DNA of 64,000 bases from Mustelus asterias (Eukaryota). The position numbers and the translations under genes were made by a program. Under the pieces are notes generated by a model that worked only from the letters and a program-made list of their open reading frames with translations, searched no databases and was not told where the DNA came from. The stretch covers positions 8,060,001-8,124,000 of the forward strand of contig NC_135801.1 in NCBI RefSeq assembly GCF_964213995.1, written 5' to 3'. Position 1 is the first letter of the stretch. Each line of letters opens with the position of its first letter. This document shows, one piece after another, positions 12,469 through 25,755 of this stretch.

Positions 12469-13049
12469 CCCCTGATCCCTCCCATGGCTACCCGACCTCA
12501 TTGGCCCCGACCCCTCCCAGGGCTATCATGGCATGACATCGACCTTCATTCTGAGTGTATGAATGCCCAGGTCAACCAACAACCCCCAACGGATTAATGC
12601 AAGCACTCGTTTAACTAAACTGTAGACAAATCTCAATAAATTTGGCATATTTACTTCAGTTCTCAGGGAGACAATCTGAGAAAGAATGAATCAAGCTTAT
12701 TTTGGTCAAAAACCATAATCAACTCCTTTGAAAACGTGCACATTCCAAATGTTAATGAGATCCTGTCGCTATGATATCTGGCATTTCAAACAACATAGTT
12801 TCTCGTTTAATTTAAATAAATGGCAAGCGCTACTTAATTATTTAGAAATTCAATGCACATTAATTTTGATGAAGGCATATGATGAACACTGCTCAATTAA
12901 TAAAATAGCAGCATCTTGTCGAAACAGAATTCATGTATCTTTTAATTTGCAAACCGTTAATTTATGTTCAGAGTTAATTTGCCGTGATATTAGTTTTCAA
13001 ACTAATTGATCTCAAATGACATTTCTCACGATAAATTGAACGATATGTT

Positions 13050-13970
13050 GAGTCGATCTGAAACCTATTTGTTTGGGAGATTGGAAAGGTTGGGGTCATT
13101 TTTCCTTGGAACAAAGAAGGCTGTGGGGTGACTTGATTGAGGTGGACAAAATTACGGGGGGAAGATATAGAATGGAAGGATAGCATTGTTTCTCTTGGCG
13201 GAGAATTCTAGAACTGGGGGCATAGATTCAACATAAGTGGCAGTAGTATAGAGGGGACATGAGGAAGAACTTCTTTACACAGAGGGTGGTGGGTGTCTGG
13301 AATTCGCTGTCTGAGTTGGTGGTGGAGGCAGAGATCCGAAAGTCTTTTAAAAAGTACCTTGAACTGCACCTTAAGTGCTGTAAGTTTATAGAATCATAGA
13401 ATCCTACAGTGCAGAAGGAGGTCATTCGGCCCATCGAGTCTGCACGGACCATAATCTCACCCAGGCCCTATCCCAATAGCCCCATGCATTTACCCTAGCT
13501 AGTCCCCCTTATACTAAGAGTCAATTTTGGATGGCCAATCACCTAACCCGCACATCTTTGGGCTGTGGGAGGAAACCGGAGCACCCGGAGTAAATCCATG
13601 CAGACCTGGGGAGAACATGCATGCTCCACACAGAGAGTGACCCAAGCTGGGAATCAAACCCAGGTCCCTGGCCCTGTGAGGCAGCAGTGCTAACCATTGT
13701 ACCACCATTCTACCCGAAATTAATACGGAAACAGGGAGAACGTGCAAACTCCACACAAGCTGTCACCCAAGGCTGGAATCGAACCCATGTACCTGGCGTT
13801 GTGAGGCAGCAGTGCTAGCCACTGTGCTGCTGTGCTACCCACTATGGCTTCAGGGCTATGGGCCGGGTGCAGGAAGGTGGGATTAGAAAAGGCACCTGCG
13901 TGTCCTTAGTTTGGCACAAACAAGGTGGGCCGAATGGCCTCCTTCTGTGCTATAACTTTTCTATGGTTCT
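13050..13970 (+). mobile_element. CR1 LINE 3' fragment interrupted by minus-strand HE1 SINE sequence (about 13388-13840)
   Basis: LERLGSFSLEQRRL.GDLIEV...FFTQRVVGVWNSL. Confidence 0.8.
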
Positions 13971-15194
13971 ATGGGAGGGGGGTGCATAGCTGCAGTGGAC
14001 AAGTTACTGAACCAGTGTTGAGCATCTTCCAAGTATCTTGCCCATGCGGAAACCCTCGTGATAAAGAAACCTCTTGCACTGTGTCTCTGACTTATCTCCC
14101 ACTGAAGTTGCAGTTAAAGTTTATGACATGATCGTAAACTGTTGCCAGCTGTGGAATTGTAGAGAGAAGCCTTTTGAGCAACAGGAGTGACATAAACTGT
14201 AGAGGCTGTTTAACATTATTGAGCTGCATTTATTTTTTTCTGAGCGGGACTGCAACAATAGTTTTTCTGTTTTGGTGGCAATGTAAAGGACCTTCACACA
14301 GAATGAGCGACTGTTGACAGATTCTACCATGGTGTTTTTTGCAGTACTAAGTGATTACACCCTCCTTCACTCTCTTAAAATGTCACTGTGGATGGGAGAG
14401 AGGAAAGGCTCAGCTGTGGGCTTTAGTTCCTTCATAGGTGACATGTTTTAGAACTCAGGACAGGCTGGAAATGACCTACTTGGTGTCCTGCCAATGAAAT
14501 GTTGTCTGTTGTTTTGCGGGGAGTTGGTGACCTGCGATATTTATCAATCCATTCAGCATTCGGTGAAAAGTCTGAAACAGAGCAACTAACAGTTTCCGGT
14601 AATGGAAGTGCTAATCAAGTAAATGCTTTGGTTGAAACATTGGAGCGATTTTAGGTCATAGCGTGTTGCCAAAATATCAGCAAGACTAATGACGCTCACA
14701 GTTATTACATGGATAGATGCGTCAGCAACTTCAGGACAATACACTTTTAATGATGTGGTTAATAGTTAGTCAAACATTCTGACACTAAAAATTAACTGTT
14801 ACAAGTGTGGAGTCTCATTCCTTCAAGTTTAGAACATTTCAAGTAAATTTTGTAGGTATCAAATTTTAAAGTTTGCAATTTCTAAACATACTTTGCTTTT
14901 CTGTGTCTTTTTGCTCTCCTTCTTAATCCAATCTTTCTTTCCTGCTCTTTATTTCCCTTTCTTTGCTTGACTTCATTTTGAATTCACTTCTCTGACCCCT
15001 TCTCAGTCCACTGTTTATTTCTTATTTATATCTGATTGGTTAAGTAGATACCCTAATGCTTGCACAGGTCCCAGATGCCCAATTTGCCTCTCCGAGCCAT
15101 TATCAGCTTTTCACTTTCCACAACTTTGTGGACAAAGTTTTTGCTTTGAACTGAATGGTGCAGGGATGTTTCCAACAAATGGAAAAAGATGGCG

Positions 15195-15875
15195 GCATAG
15201 TGGTAGGTGACTGGTCTGGGAATGCAATAGGGTCACAGGTTCAAATTCCACTTTGGCAGTAGGTAGAATTTGAATTAATTTTTTTTTAATAAACTAATGT
15301 TCTCCGTGTTAATGACCATTGAACTAATGGATTCTCATTAAAAACTATCTGTTCCACCAATGTCCTGTAGGGAAGGAAGTCTGCTGTCATAGAATCCCTA
15401 CAGTACAGAAGGAGGCCCTTCAGCCCATCGAGTCTGAACCGATCACAATCCCACCCAGGCCCTATTCCCACAACCCCACACATTTACTCTGCTAATCGCC
15501 CCGACACTAGGGTCAATTTAGCATGGCCTATCAACCTAACCCGCACATCATTAGAGTGTAGGAGGAAACCGGAGCATTCGGAGAAAACCCTGGCAGACAG
15601 GGGGAGAATGTACAAGCTCCACACAGACGGTGACCTGAGGCCCGGAATTGAACCTGGGACCCTGGTGTTGTGAGGCAGCAGCGCTAATCACTGTGCCACC
15701 GTGCCACCTCATTATCTGGTCTAGTATAAATGTGACTCCAGACCCACAGCAATGTGGTTGACTCTTAACTGCCTTCTGAAGTGGCCCGGCAAACCACTCA
15801 GTTCAAGGGCAATTAGGGATGGGTACCAAATGCTGGCCAGCCAGCGACATTCACACCCCTTTGAAGAATAAAATA
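15195..15875 (+). mobile_element. SINE family B interrupted by a minus-strand HE1 SINE (about 15388-15705)
   Basis: Family B halves flank a full HE1 copy. Confidence 0.8.
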
Positions 15876-16199
15876 AAGATAATCAGCTCCAAAAAGTTCT
15901 AGCCCACTCTAAAATTGACAAAGACAACTTGCTTTTATGCAGAATTGTTCATGTTGAAAGATGTACCAAGAAGCTACACAAGGAAAGAGTTTTTGTTGGA
16001 GACACTAATGGGTGCAATGTTGAACATTGTATTATTATGGAGTAAACATTGGCGTTCTGTTCTGGGCACCATTGGCAAGATTTTCCAGTCCCATCAGTGG
16101 TGGGCATCGTCATGGGCAGAGTGGAAAACTGGACTCCGTCCAAATTTTCCTGTCCTGCCCGTGATTTCACCCACCACTGGTGGGAGGGTAAATCCTGGT

Positions 16200-16710
16200 T
16201 CATACATGAGGAAAGATGTGAAGACATTTGAGAGAGCATGGGAAAGATTCCCAAGAATGGTTCCTCGGCCGAGGAGGTTCAGTGCGTCGAGAGACTGGAG
16301 ATGTTGAGATTGGTCGTCTTGGAGAATAGAAGGATGAGAGGAGATTCGATAGACGTGGTCAAAATCATGAGGGGTCTAGACAGGGCTGGATGGCAGAAAC
16401 TGTTCCCACTGGTAGATGGAACAAGAACCCGAGGGCACAGATTAAATGTAATTGGCAAAAGAAGCAATGGCACCATGAGGAAAACATTTTGTTATGCAGC
16501 AAGTGGTTAGGATCTGGATACACTGCCTGAGAGTGTGGTGGAAATAGGATCAATTCAGGCTTACAAAAGAGAATCAGATCACCATCTGAAAAGGAAGAAT
16601 GTGCAGGCCTATAAGGAAAAGGCAGGTGAGTCAATTGCTCCTCCAGATGGCCAGCATACACATGATGGGCTGAATAGCCTCCCTCTGTGCTGTAACATTC
16701 TATGAATCTA
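16200..16710 (+). mobile_element. CR1 LINE 3' fragment
   Basis: LENRRMRGDSIDVVKIMRGLDR...LFPLV..TRTRGH. Confidence 0.85.
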
Positions 16711-16822
16711 CGAAATATTTCACAGCGGTAACCATTGTGAGGATATTCTTTGTGTTTTTTCTCTCTCTATTCTATACCGATAAAACAAGGAAATCTCCCT
16801 TTACATTGTTCAGAGTAAACTG

Positions 16823-17365
16823 TGTCAGGAAAGCAGGTAGTTTTAAGTGATCTATATTTGTATTATTAAATATTAGAAATAAGATAGAGATATAATGAGT
16901 TTAGTCTTGTGTTTCTGTGAAAGAAGAGTAAAACCCCAGCTAAATTCATGTTAGAAAAAGGTGCTTGTATGTGTGGGGGTTTTGGTTTCAGTTCAAACTG
17001 TGTTCCTATTGTGCAGGGATCTATTGAGTAGCATTTGCCATTTGGTTTCGGAATGGAGTATCTGACTATGGCCAACCTGTGGGCGTAAAGGGACTATGTG
17101 TTTATTGAGACCATTATAGAACAAGGTATATTGTGCAACCAGTGTCATCCTTAACATCCGTGTATTTTATGAAGATAAGTGGGAGTGAAGGAATATCATA
17201 TTATAGTCAAACATTTCATATGTAATAAATGGCTTTTGCTGTTATTAAAAGCTAATTGGCATTCCTGTGACGTTCTCTAACAAAAGTAATAGTTACGATC
17301 TTTTGTGCCAGGGATCCATTCTGGGATCTTCCAGTCCAGTAGTAACATCAACCGGGATGGTAACA
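16823..17365 (+). mobile_element. Probable solo LTR, 543 bp
   Basis: TGT...TAACA ends, 4-bp TSD ACTG (16819-16822 and 17366-17369), internal AATAAA at about 17224. Confidence 0.6.
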
Positions 17366-17732
17366 ACTGGGACACACAGCACACCACCAGTGTGATACTA
17401 GTTGATGTACACGGAGAGGAATATTGACTTTGTGTGTGTGTGTAAAATGGGCAATAACAAAACAGCTTACGTTTCACATCTCTCCTGATTTGTTTTATCA
17501 CAATTGTCATCAATTGACATAGAAATTGGGATAGATATTGAATAGGGTGTCAGTCTGTAGTTATGAAGTAAGTTCACGCCCTCAGGCCTATCTCTAGGTG
17601 CTTCACAGCCACACTCCACCTAAGAATACAATCCAGGCTCCCACTAACATTTTAATTCCCACCTTCTGCCTGGTGCCCTAGCTAACATTTATCCTTTAAC
17701 CAGCATGACTAAAACAAATTACCTGGCCCTTT

Positions 17733-18068
17733 CATAGAAGAATCATAGAATCCCTACAGTGCAGAAAGAAGCCATTCGGCCCATCGAGCCTCCACCAACA
17801 ACAATCCCACCCAGGCCCTATCCCCGTAACCCCACACATTTACCCTAGCTAGTCCCCCTGACACTAAAGGGCAATTTAGCATGGCCAATCCACATAACCC
17901 GCACATCTTTGGAGTGTGGGAGGAAACCGGAGCACCCGGAGGAAATCCACGCAGACATGGGGAGAATGTGCAAAACTCCACACAGACAGTGACACAAGGC
18001 CGGAATTGAACCCGGGTCCCTGGCGCTGTGAGGCAGCAGTGCTAACCCACTGTGCCACCGTGCTGCCC
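17733..18068 (-). mobile_element. HE1 SINE inserted into a Deu-SINE
   Basis: Full HE1 copy with Deu-SINE sequence on both sides. Confidence 0.85.
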
Positions 18069-18337
18069 CTAATCAAACGACTCAAACCACTGTTTGTGGG
18101 ATCTTGCTGTGTACAAATTGGCCGCCACTTTTCTATATTACAACAACGATTACACTTCAAAAAATAATTAATCGGCCACAAAGCCCTTTGGGATGTACTG
18201 CAAGGTCAAGAGAGGGCGTACGTAACTGCAGACCCACTTTAATTCAAACTACTTGTGTCCTTGTGCTTTTGGTTTTCATGTGATGTCAGGTCCCACAAGA
18301 AACGGGATGATCCATTAACATTCAAAACATGAGACTC

Positions 18338-19009
18338 TCCACGTTTGAGGTAAGGGCATAAAATTTAGCAATGGAAAGTCACGCAGGCTGTGCTGACCTC
18401 CAGGGTTTTGTGCTCCCGGTCACGCAGAGCTCTGTGCTGAGAGTGCTAATTGGGGAAATAAAAATATCCACCCATGTCGACTCGAGTGTTTTTCACGTTT
18501 AGCCGTGCTGCCAGAGATACTTTTGCATTCGCAGCAGGAGGAGCTTTCGTATCAAAAGACGCTCATTCCACTGATAACCTGCTGCGTATCCAGACAGAAT
18601 TGATGGAGAGAAAAAGGGTGCTGATGTCCCCTGTCACTGCAGCGCTGGCCGTGTGTACAATCTGCCAAACTCTCAGAATAGACCTTGCTCGAGTCGACTA
18701 GGTGCCAGAGAGACATCCGAAGAACAGTCCAGTTTGATTCCTCCTCAGTGTCTGATGTGGTCTGACAGCCACGTAGTTCAATTCCCTCAGGCCCTGGACT
18801 TCTGATTTCCAGCAAGCTTTTAATGTCAAAGCAGCTGGCAAAAAAAAATCACTGACTCTTTCATTTTGCTTCAGCTATCCTGATGAGTAAGAATTTTCCA
18901 AAGTGGGGGGAAAAAAAGGCCAGATACAGTTCACCTCGCTCATCTGAGCACCAAAATTAAACTGGGTGACTTTCCATTGCCACATTTTATGCCCTTACCT
19001 CAATGTGGA
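18338..19009. repeat. Block of about 670 bp bounded by roughly 48-bp inverted repeats
   Basis: 18338-18386 matches the reverse complement of 18962-19009 with about 5 differences. Confidence 0.85.
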
Positions 19010-19049
19010 TTGGGGACCACAATGGGGCCATTTAAAAATAAAAATTCTT

Positions 19050-19340
19050 CTTGAGATGTGGGAATTGCTGGTGAAGCCAGTATTTGTTACTCGTTCCTAA
19101 TTGACCTTGAGAAGGTGTTGATGAGCCATCTTTTTGAACCCCTGCAGTTCATGTGGTGTATGTGCATCCACAGCGCTGTTAGGGAGGGACTTTTGCTTCT
19201 TTGACCCAATGTCAATGAAGGAGTGGCGATATATTTCCAAGTCAGGATGGTGAGTGGCTTGGAGGGGAACTTGTGGGTGGTGATGTTCTCATGTGTCTGC
19301 TGCCCTTGGCTTGGTAGAGGTTGTGGGTTTGGAAAGTGCT
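19050..19340 (-). mobile_element. Crack/Daphne(L2)-like LINE 3' end
   Basis: TILTWKYIA 3' region and GGGCAATTAGG..AAATACTGGC-type tail. Related copies at about 37285-37510, 39485-40060 and 42270-43430. Confidence 0.65.
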
Positions 19341-19579
19341 GTGGTGGGAGCCTGAAAATCCAAAGGCAATCATTTCCAGAAGGTTCATTATCTCTTCTGC
19401 ATCTCCTCTTTACCTCGGGAAGAGAAATGATGGCTGCTATAGTGGTGGAGGGGAAATAAATATAGCTAGTTGCTGATTTGGGCCTCTGTCTTTGGCTAAC
19501 ACAACCCAAGTTCCACCTCTCCCCAAGGGTAATAAATTGACTCCATCCCTGGCATTTAGGAGAGGGTTAATGGCTGCTC

Positions 19580-20015
19580 AAAACCTGGAGGGTATTAGCC
19601 ATGAGGAGAGGTTGGTTTGTTCTCACTGGAATGACGAAGGTTGAGGGGTGACCTGATAGGTGACCTGACAAGATTATGAGGGGCATGGACAGAGCGGATA
19701 GTCAGAAGCTTGTTCCCAGGGTGGAAAAGTCAAGTACTTGGGGAAATAGGTTTAAGGTGCATGGGGAAAAGTTTAGAGGAGATGTGCGAGGCAAGTTTTT
19801 TACACAGAGGGTGGTGAATGTCTGGAACGTGCTGCCCGGGGAGGTGGTGGGAGCAGGTACGATAGGAGCATTTAAGGGGCAACTAGACAAATACATGAAT
19901 AGGATGGGAATGGAAGGATACGGATTCTGTAAGTGCATACGGTTTTAGTGCAGGCAGGCATCATGATTGGCACAGGCTGGAGGGCCAAAAGGCCTGTTCC
20001 TATGCTGTACTTTTC
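19580..20015 (+). mobile_element. CR1 LINE 3' fragment
   Basis: MRGMDRADSQKL.PRVEKS...FFTQRVVNVWN.LP. Confidence 0.9.
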
Positions 20016-20559
20016 TAAAGAAAATAATGGGGTAATCCTCTGCGCCACAGCACTTTCATGAGTATAATGGTGCTGCAGAATTTCTCGACTCTTGTTTTTA
20101 ACATCCGCCTGCATTAGACATGTCCAAGTCTTTTATCATCACGGGCATTACATGGATGTGGCATGGAATCGTCTAGACACAATGTATAAAATTTTAATTC
20201 ATGCTCCCGTTACTTTGCATACATCTCCAGTTGTCGCCTTCAATCTTGGTGTCCTTATTTAGATTATGTCCAACAACAGTCTTTAATGCAAACTCCAGAT
20301 CCAAGCAATTGACGCAGTGTAAATGGGAAAATTAGGAATAAATGCAAATTGGATTTGCCAAGCCTGCGGTCTCCACCATCAAAGATGGCAAGGGCTGCAA
20401 GTACATTGGAACACCGCTCCCTGCAGGTTTCTCTCAAAATCACATCCATGCAGGTTTGGAAACATATCACCATTTCTCCATTGTCTCTGAGTGAAAACCC
20501 TTTCGAGCTTATTTATTATTGTCACAGGTAGGTTTTCATGAAGCCTGTGACTTGGGACT

Positions 20560-21127
20560 TGGGCAGCACAGTGGCTAGCACTGCTACCCCTCACAACGCC
20601 AGGGACCCGGGTTCGATTCCCGGCTTGGGTCACTGTCTGTGTGGAGTTTGCACATTCTCCTCATGTCTGCGTGGGTTTCCTCCCACAGTCGAAAGATGTG
20701 CTGGTTAGGTGCGCTCGCCATGTTAAATTGCTCATTAGTGTCAGGGGGACTAGTTATGGTAAATGCATGGAGTTATGGGTATAGGGCCTGGATGGGATTG
20801 TGGTCAATGCAGACTCGATGGGCCGAATGGCCTCCTTCTGCACTGTAGGATTCTATGATTTAGACTGCAATGAGGTTACTGTGAAAATCCCCGAGTCGCC
20901 ACACTCCAGTGCCTGTTCGGGTACACTGAGGGAGAATTTAGCATAGCCAGTGCACCTAACCAGCACGTCTTTCGGACTGTGGGAGGAAACAGGAGCACCC
21001 GGAGGAAACCCAAGCAGACATGGGGAGAACGTGCGGACTTCAGACAGTGACTCAAGGCCGGGAATCGAACCTGGGTCCCTGGCGCTGTGAGGCAGCAGTG
21101 CTAACCACTGTGTCACCACGTCACCCC
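20560..21127. mobile_element. HE1 SINE (plus, to about 20860) tail-to-tail with an alternative-tail SINE (minus)
   Basis: Shared head and core in inverted orientation. Confidence 0.8.
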
Positions 21128-22029
21128 TGGAACTCTTAAGCACGTTGGGGAGGTGGGGATGGGGGGGGGGTCCCTTTTTTGTCATTCAGAACATTTTCGA
21201 AGAACGTTCACCGCCAATCTCTCAGGGGAAACTTGGGAGTTGGTAATACATGCTGACTTTGCCAATAACACCCACGTCCCAAGAATTAAATAAATGGATT
21301 AATTGAGGGGTTAGATTGTCAGGTGACAAGGTGAAGTGAGGGGGGGGGGGGGGGTCACATATCCCATCCCACATGACCTCATCGAATAGCTTGATGTTTC
21401 TGTGGCAAATCGTAAAAGCATTGAACAACCTCTGATGAAAACCTTGCCATACTAAACGGGTAATTCGAACATTGTGTCAAGCAAAAGAATCCAAAGTCTG
21501 TTCTCATCAAACATTGAGCTTTCTGTGCCGACGCTCAAAATAAATGGAATCTGCATTCATCTGAGGAAAGATCTCTGTCAGGAACACTAAAGATGAACAT
21601 TCACCTCATAAAGATTCAGAATCTATCACGCAGATGTAGCCAGTTTGGCTCAATTCTTAACTCCGTATAAAATTGATTACGGAGAAAAAAATTATGGCGA
21701 GAAAGGAAGATGAATTGTCTCTTCTGAACTGTGATAGTCAGCAAGAACCAAGTACTCTGACACAGAGATTCATTCTATCCTAGAGCAGGTATTTACTGAT
21801 TGAATTCCGCTCATCCTGAAGGACAATTATCAAGTCTACTGCAGATGGATGCTGATGTATCAGCCTCTAACTCAGTACAAACACTGCAGTTTCTCACAAA
21901 TACCCCCGCGGGTTTGTTTAAAGAAATCGCAGAGTCCGGGCATTATGTTAGTATAGGATTCTTTTTTGAGTAGGCACACAGTGGCTGCAATTTCCTTAAA
22001 CCTTTGCCGCCATCTTGCAAAGGGCGGCA

Positions 22030-22304
22030 ATAAAGTTGTTTTATTAGTAAAAAGTAAGGATTACAGTAACACTGCAATGAAGTTACTGTGAAATTCCCCT
22101 AGAAGCCACACTCCAGCACCTGTTCAGGTCAATGCACCCTAACCAGCACGTCTTTCAGACTGTGGGAGGAAACCGGGGCACCCGGAGGAAACCCACGCAG
22201 ACACGGGGAGAACGTGCAAACTCCACACTGTGACCCACGCTGGGAATCGAACCCGGGTCCCTGGCACTATGAGGCAGCAGTGTTAACCACTGTGCCACCG
22301 TGCC
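22030..22304 (-). mobile_element. Alternative-tail SINE
   Basis: Matches the family consensus seen in this window. Confidence 0.85.
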
Positions 22305-22344
22305 TGTCACTGTTAGAGAAGTTGTGTGCGGGGAATTTTAGATA

Positions 22345-23230
22345 CAAAATAGGAGCAGGAGTAGGCCATTCGGCCCCCTGAGCCTGCTCCACCATTCAAT
22401 AAGATGATGGCGGATTTGTTTGTGTTGAGGAACACGTTTCCTTCTACCCCAATGAGCTTTGAGTCTCTCATCTAACAAGAATCTATCTACCTCTGCCTTA
22501 AAAATATTCAGTCACCCCGCTTCTACCGCCTTCTGAGGCAGAGTTCCAAAGTCGCACAACCCTCTGAGAGAAAAAAAATCACATCTGTCCTATATGGGTG
22601 ACCCCTGTTTTTAAAACAGCGCCCCCTAGTTCTGGACTCACCCACAAGAGGAAACATCCTTTCCACGTCCACCTTGTCGAGACCGTTCAGGATCTTATAT
22701 CCTACAATCAAGTTACCAATCACTCTTCTAAACTCCAGTGGAAATAAGCTGAGCTTTTCCAATCTATCCTCATAAGACAAGCTACCCATTCCAGGTATTG
22801 ACCCAGTAAACCTCATCTGAACTGCCTCCAACGCATTTACATCCTTCCTTAAGTAAGGAGACCAAAACTGCACAATATTCGGGATGCAGTCACACCAATA
22901 CCCTGTATAACTGAAGCATAACACCCTTACTTTTATATTCAATTCCTCCCATTATAATGGATAGCATTCCATTAGCTTTCTCGATTGCATACTGCACCTC
23001 CATACTAGAACAGTTAGGTCCCTCTGCACCTTGGCATTTTGCAGTCGTTCTCCATTTAAATAATACTCTGCTTTCTATTCTTCCTGCCAAAGTGAACAAC
23101 TCCACATTTTCCCACATTATACTCCATTTGCCAGATTTCTGGCCACTCGCTCAACCTATCAATATCCGTCTGCAAACTCCATAGGTCTTCTTCTTTCCTA
23201 CCTGTCATTGTGTCATTTGCCAAGCCAACC
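22345..23230 (-). mobile_element. CR1 LINE 3' fragment
   Basis: VQFWSPYLRKDVNALEAVQ.RFT..IPGM..LSYEDRLEKL. Confidence 0.9.
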
Positions 23231-23412
23231 TCAGGTAGGATTCTTACATCAGAGAAAAGCTGGTTATCCTATCAGCTTGGCCTAACCTTGGTTCTGGATC
23301 CTCGAGGTGAGATTGTTGCAAGGTGAGCGAGGCTTCCGGACATGAGTGAAAGTTGCCAGCAATTCCAGTTTTAGAAGACAATATAAACCCTTCAACTCCA
23401 ATGTCATTGGTC

Positions 23413-23735
23413 ACAATGGTGGCGCAGTGGTTAGCACTGCAGCCTCACAGCACCAGGGTCCCAAGTTCAATTCCAGCCTCGGGTCACTGTCTGTGTGGAG
23501 TTTGCATGTTCTCCCCATGTCTCTGTGGGTTTCCTCCGGGTACTCCGGTTTCCTCCCACAGTCCAATGGTGCGTGGGTTAGGTTGATTGGCCATGCTAAA
23601 TTGACCCTAGCGTCAGGGGGATTAGCCGGGTAAATGTGTGGGGTTGCGGGAATAGGGGTTGGGTGGGTTTGTGATCGGTACAGACTTGATGGGCCGAATG
23701 GCCTCCTTGTGCACTGTAACGATTCTATGATTCTA
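23413..23735 (+). mobile_element. HE1 SINE
   Basis: Full copy with a (TTCTATGA)n tail. Confidence 0.9.
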
Positions 23736-24199
23736 CAATGCTGAACAGGAAGCTGATTGTTGAAATGAATAGACCTTTTTGACCATCATTTATTGGTGTT
23801 CATGAGCTAGGTTTTGTAGCATTCTAATGTCCAAAACTTTGGCTTCAGGAAGGTGTTTAATATAAATGCAGCAGGACGCTAAATGATAAACCATGATACC
23901 AGCCAAGTCATGTTTCTTAATCATCCAGATTTTGGATGAGATTCTAAAGGGTGCGGTCTGTTCGTTCAGGCAGATGTAATAACCCCCCGGCCCTATTCCA
24001 AAGCAGAGCAGGTTACCCCTGGTATCCTAGCCAACATTTATTCCTCAATCAACATCATTAAAACAAATCTGGTCATTATCACATTGCTGTTTGTGGGAGC
24101 TAGCTGTGTGCAAATGGATGTCACGCAGTCTGACATAATAATACTTCAAAATTACTTCATTGGTTGTAAAGCCCTTTGAGCTCCTGAGGCTGTGGAAGA

Positions 24200-24790
24200 C
24201 ACAATGGTACGGTGATTAGCACTGCTGCCTCACAGCGCCAGGGACCTGGGTTCGATTCCCAGCTTGGGTCACTGTCTGTGTGGAATCTGCACGTTCTCCC
24301 CATCTCTGCATGGGTTTCCTCCCGTTTCCTCTCTTAGTCCGAAAGACGAGCTGATTAGATGCATTGGCTGTGCTAAATTCTTCCTCAGTGTACCCGAGCA
24401 GGTGCCGGAGTATGGTGACTCGGGGATTTTCACAGTAACTTCATTGCAGTGTTAATGTAAGCCTACCTGTGACACTAACAAATAAACTTCAAAATATATG
24501 GACATCACAATGGTACAGTGGTTAGCGCCAGGGATCCCTCACAGCGCCAGGGATCCGGGTTCGATTCCCGGCTCGGGTCACTGTCTGTGTGGAGTCTGCA
24601 CGTTCTCCCCGTCTCTGCATGGGTTTCCTCCCACAGCCTGAAAGACGTGCTGGTTAGGTGCATTGGCCGTGCTAAATTTTCCCTCAGTGTACCCAAACAG
24701 GCGCTGGAGTGTGGCGACTGAGGGATTTTCACAGTAACTTAATTCCAGTGTTAATGTAAGTGTACTTATGACGCTAAATAAATAAACTTA
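24200..24790 (+). mobile_element. Two tandem alternative-tail SINEs
   Basis: Copies at 24200-24490 and 24506-24790. Confidence 0.85.
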
Positions 24791-25588
24791 AAGGACAGAA
24801 TTTTCCCATCCCGTCCACCACAGGAATCGTAGCAGGTGGGACACGGACCATGCAAAGGTCTGCTGACCTCGGAAGGGACTTTCCAACTTTGGGGTGAGCG
24901 TGGCCAGAAAATCCTCTGCAAACACGTTGAATAAATGCAAACCCTCTCTTTTATAGGAGAAATGGTTTATTACAAGCAACGCAATATATGTCAGAAGGAA
25001 CACATTTCAGTAGATTTAATTTTCAGAAGGATGCATCAGTTCTCTGCAAATTCTGCTTCATAAAAAATAAGGGCATGTGCTGTGAATAAGTAATGTTTAA
25101 GTTCCTTCTATTCTAAAAAGGATTCCTGTTGATGGGAGTTATAATGGATACTCAATAATGTGATCTCTGTTTGAATCTCTCTATTCCGGCATCCGTTCCT
25201 GCGCCAGCATCAAAACTGTTCTATTCTTGTCTAATAAACAGTATTTGGAAAAAGATTGAGTGAAGATCAAATCATTCAAAACATATGGGAGAAATATACA
25301 TTTAAAAAAAGGCAACAATAATGTTATTAAAAATATTCGTATCTGTGCATCCATCCTTTCTTAAACAATCCACAAACGTGCTCAGGCAAAATAGGCATTA
25401 CAAAGTAGCACAATTGGGAGTAAGTGTATGTTTTGGGCTTAATACAAACATTACTTTTACTTTAATGGAATTCTCAGGAAAGGAAGGTCAGTTTTGTTTG
25501 CTTTGCTCTTGATCCAGTAGTTCCTAATGTTTACAGGGTGGCTGATTAAACACGCGGGATGAACCATGTTAAATCTGCGGGATCCTAC

Positions 25589-25755
25589 CTTTGGGAAAAG
25601 ATGTCTCTGTACGGGCTGCCGTGCTGGAGAGCAATGCCGTATCCTCGGTCTGCCAGGGTGTTGCCGACGGTGAATAAAGAGCAGTCGGGGCTGTTCAGGG
25701 CGATGTATTCCAATACTGCTACATCCCAAACAAAGGCATAATTCCCAACTTTAAC
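25589..25755 (-). CDS. GRID2: Glutamate receptor ionotropic delta (GluD2-like), next coding exon (S2 lobe)
   Basis: TGCAG|GTT AAA GTT ... TCC CAA AG|GTAGGA. Translation [55 protein letters not shown](R) contains the delta-family signature [14 protein letters not shown]. 167 bp; its phase-0 start matches the end of the upstream exon. Confidence 0.93.

Noticed and set aside
1-25588. M4-encoding GluD exon
   Set aside because: No ILELQ...KWWP or M4-like sequence was found by eye in the unique segments; it probably lies left of the window.
25480-25620. AMPA-type R/G editing hairpin at the exon end
   Set aside because: No intronic sequence complementary to the SPYRDIFSQ codons was seen next to the donor.
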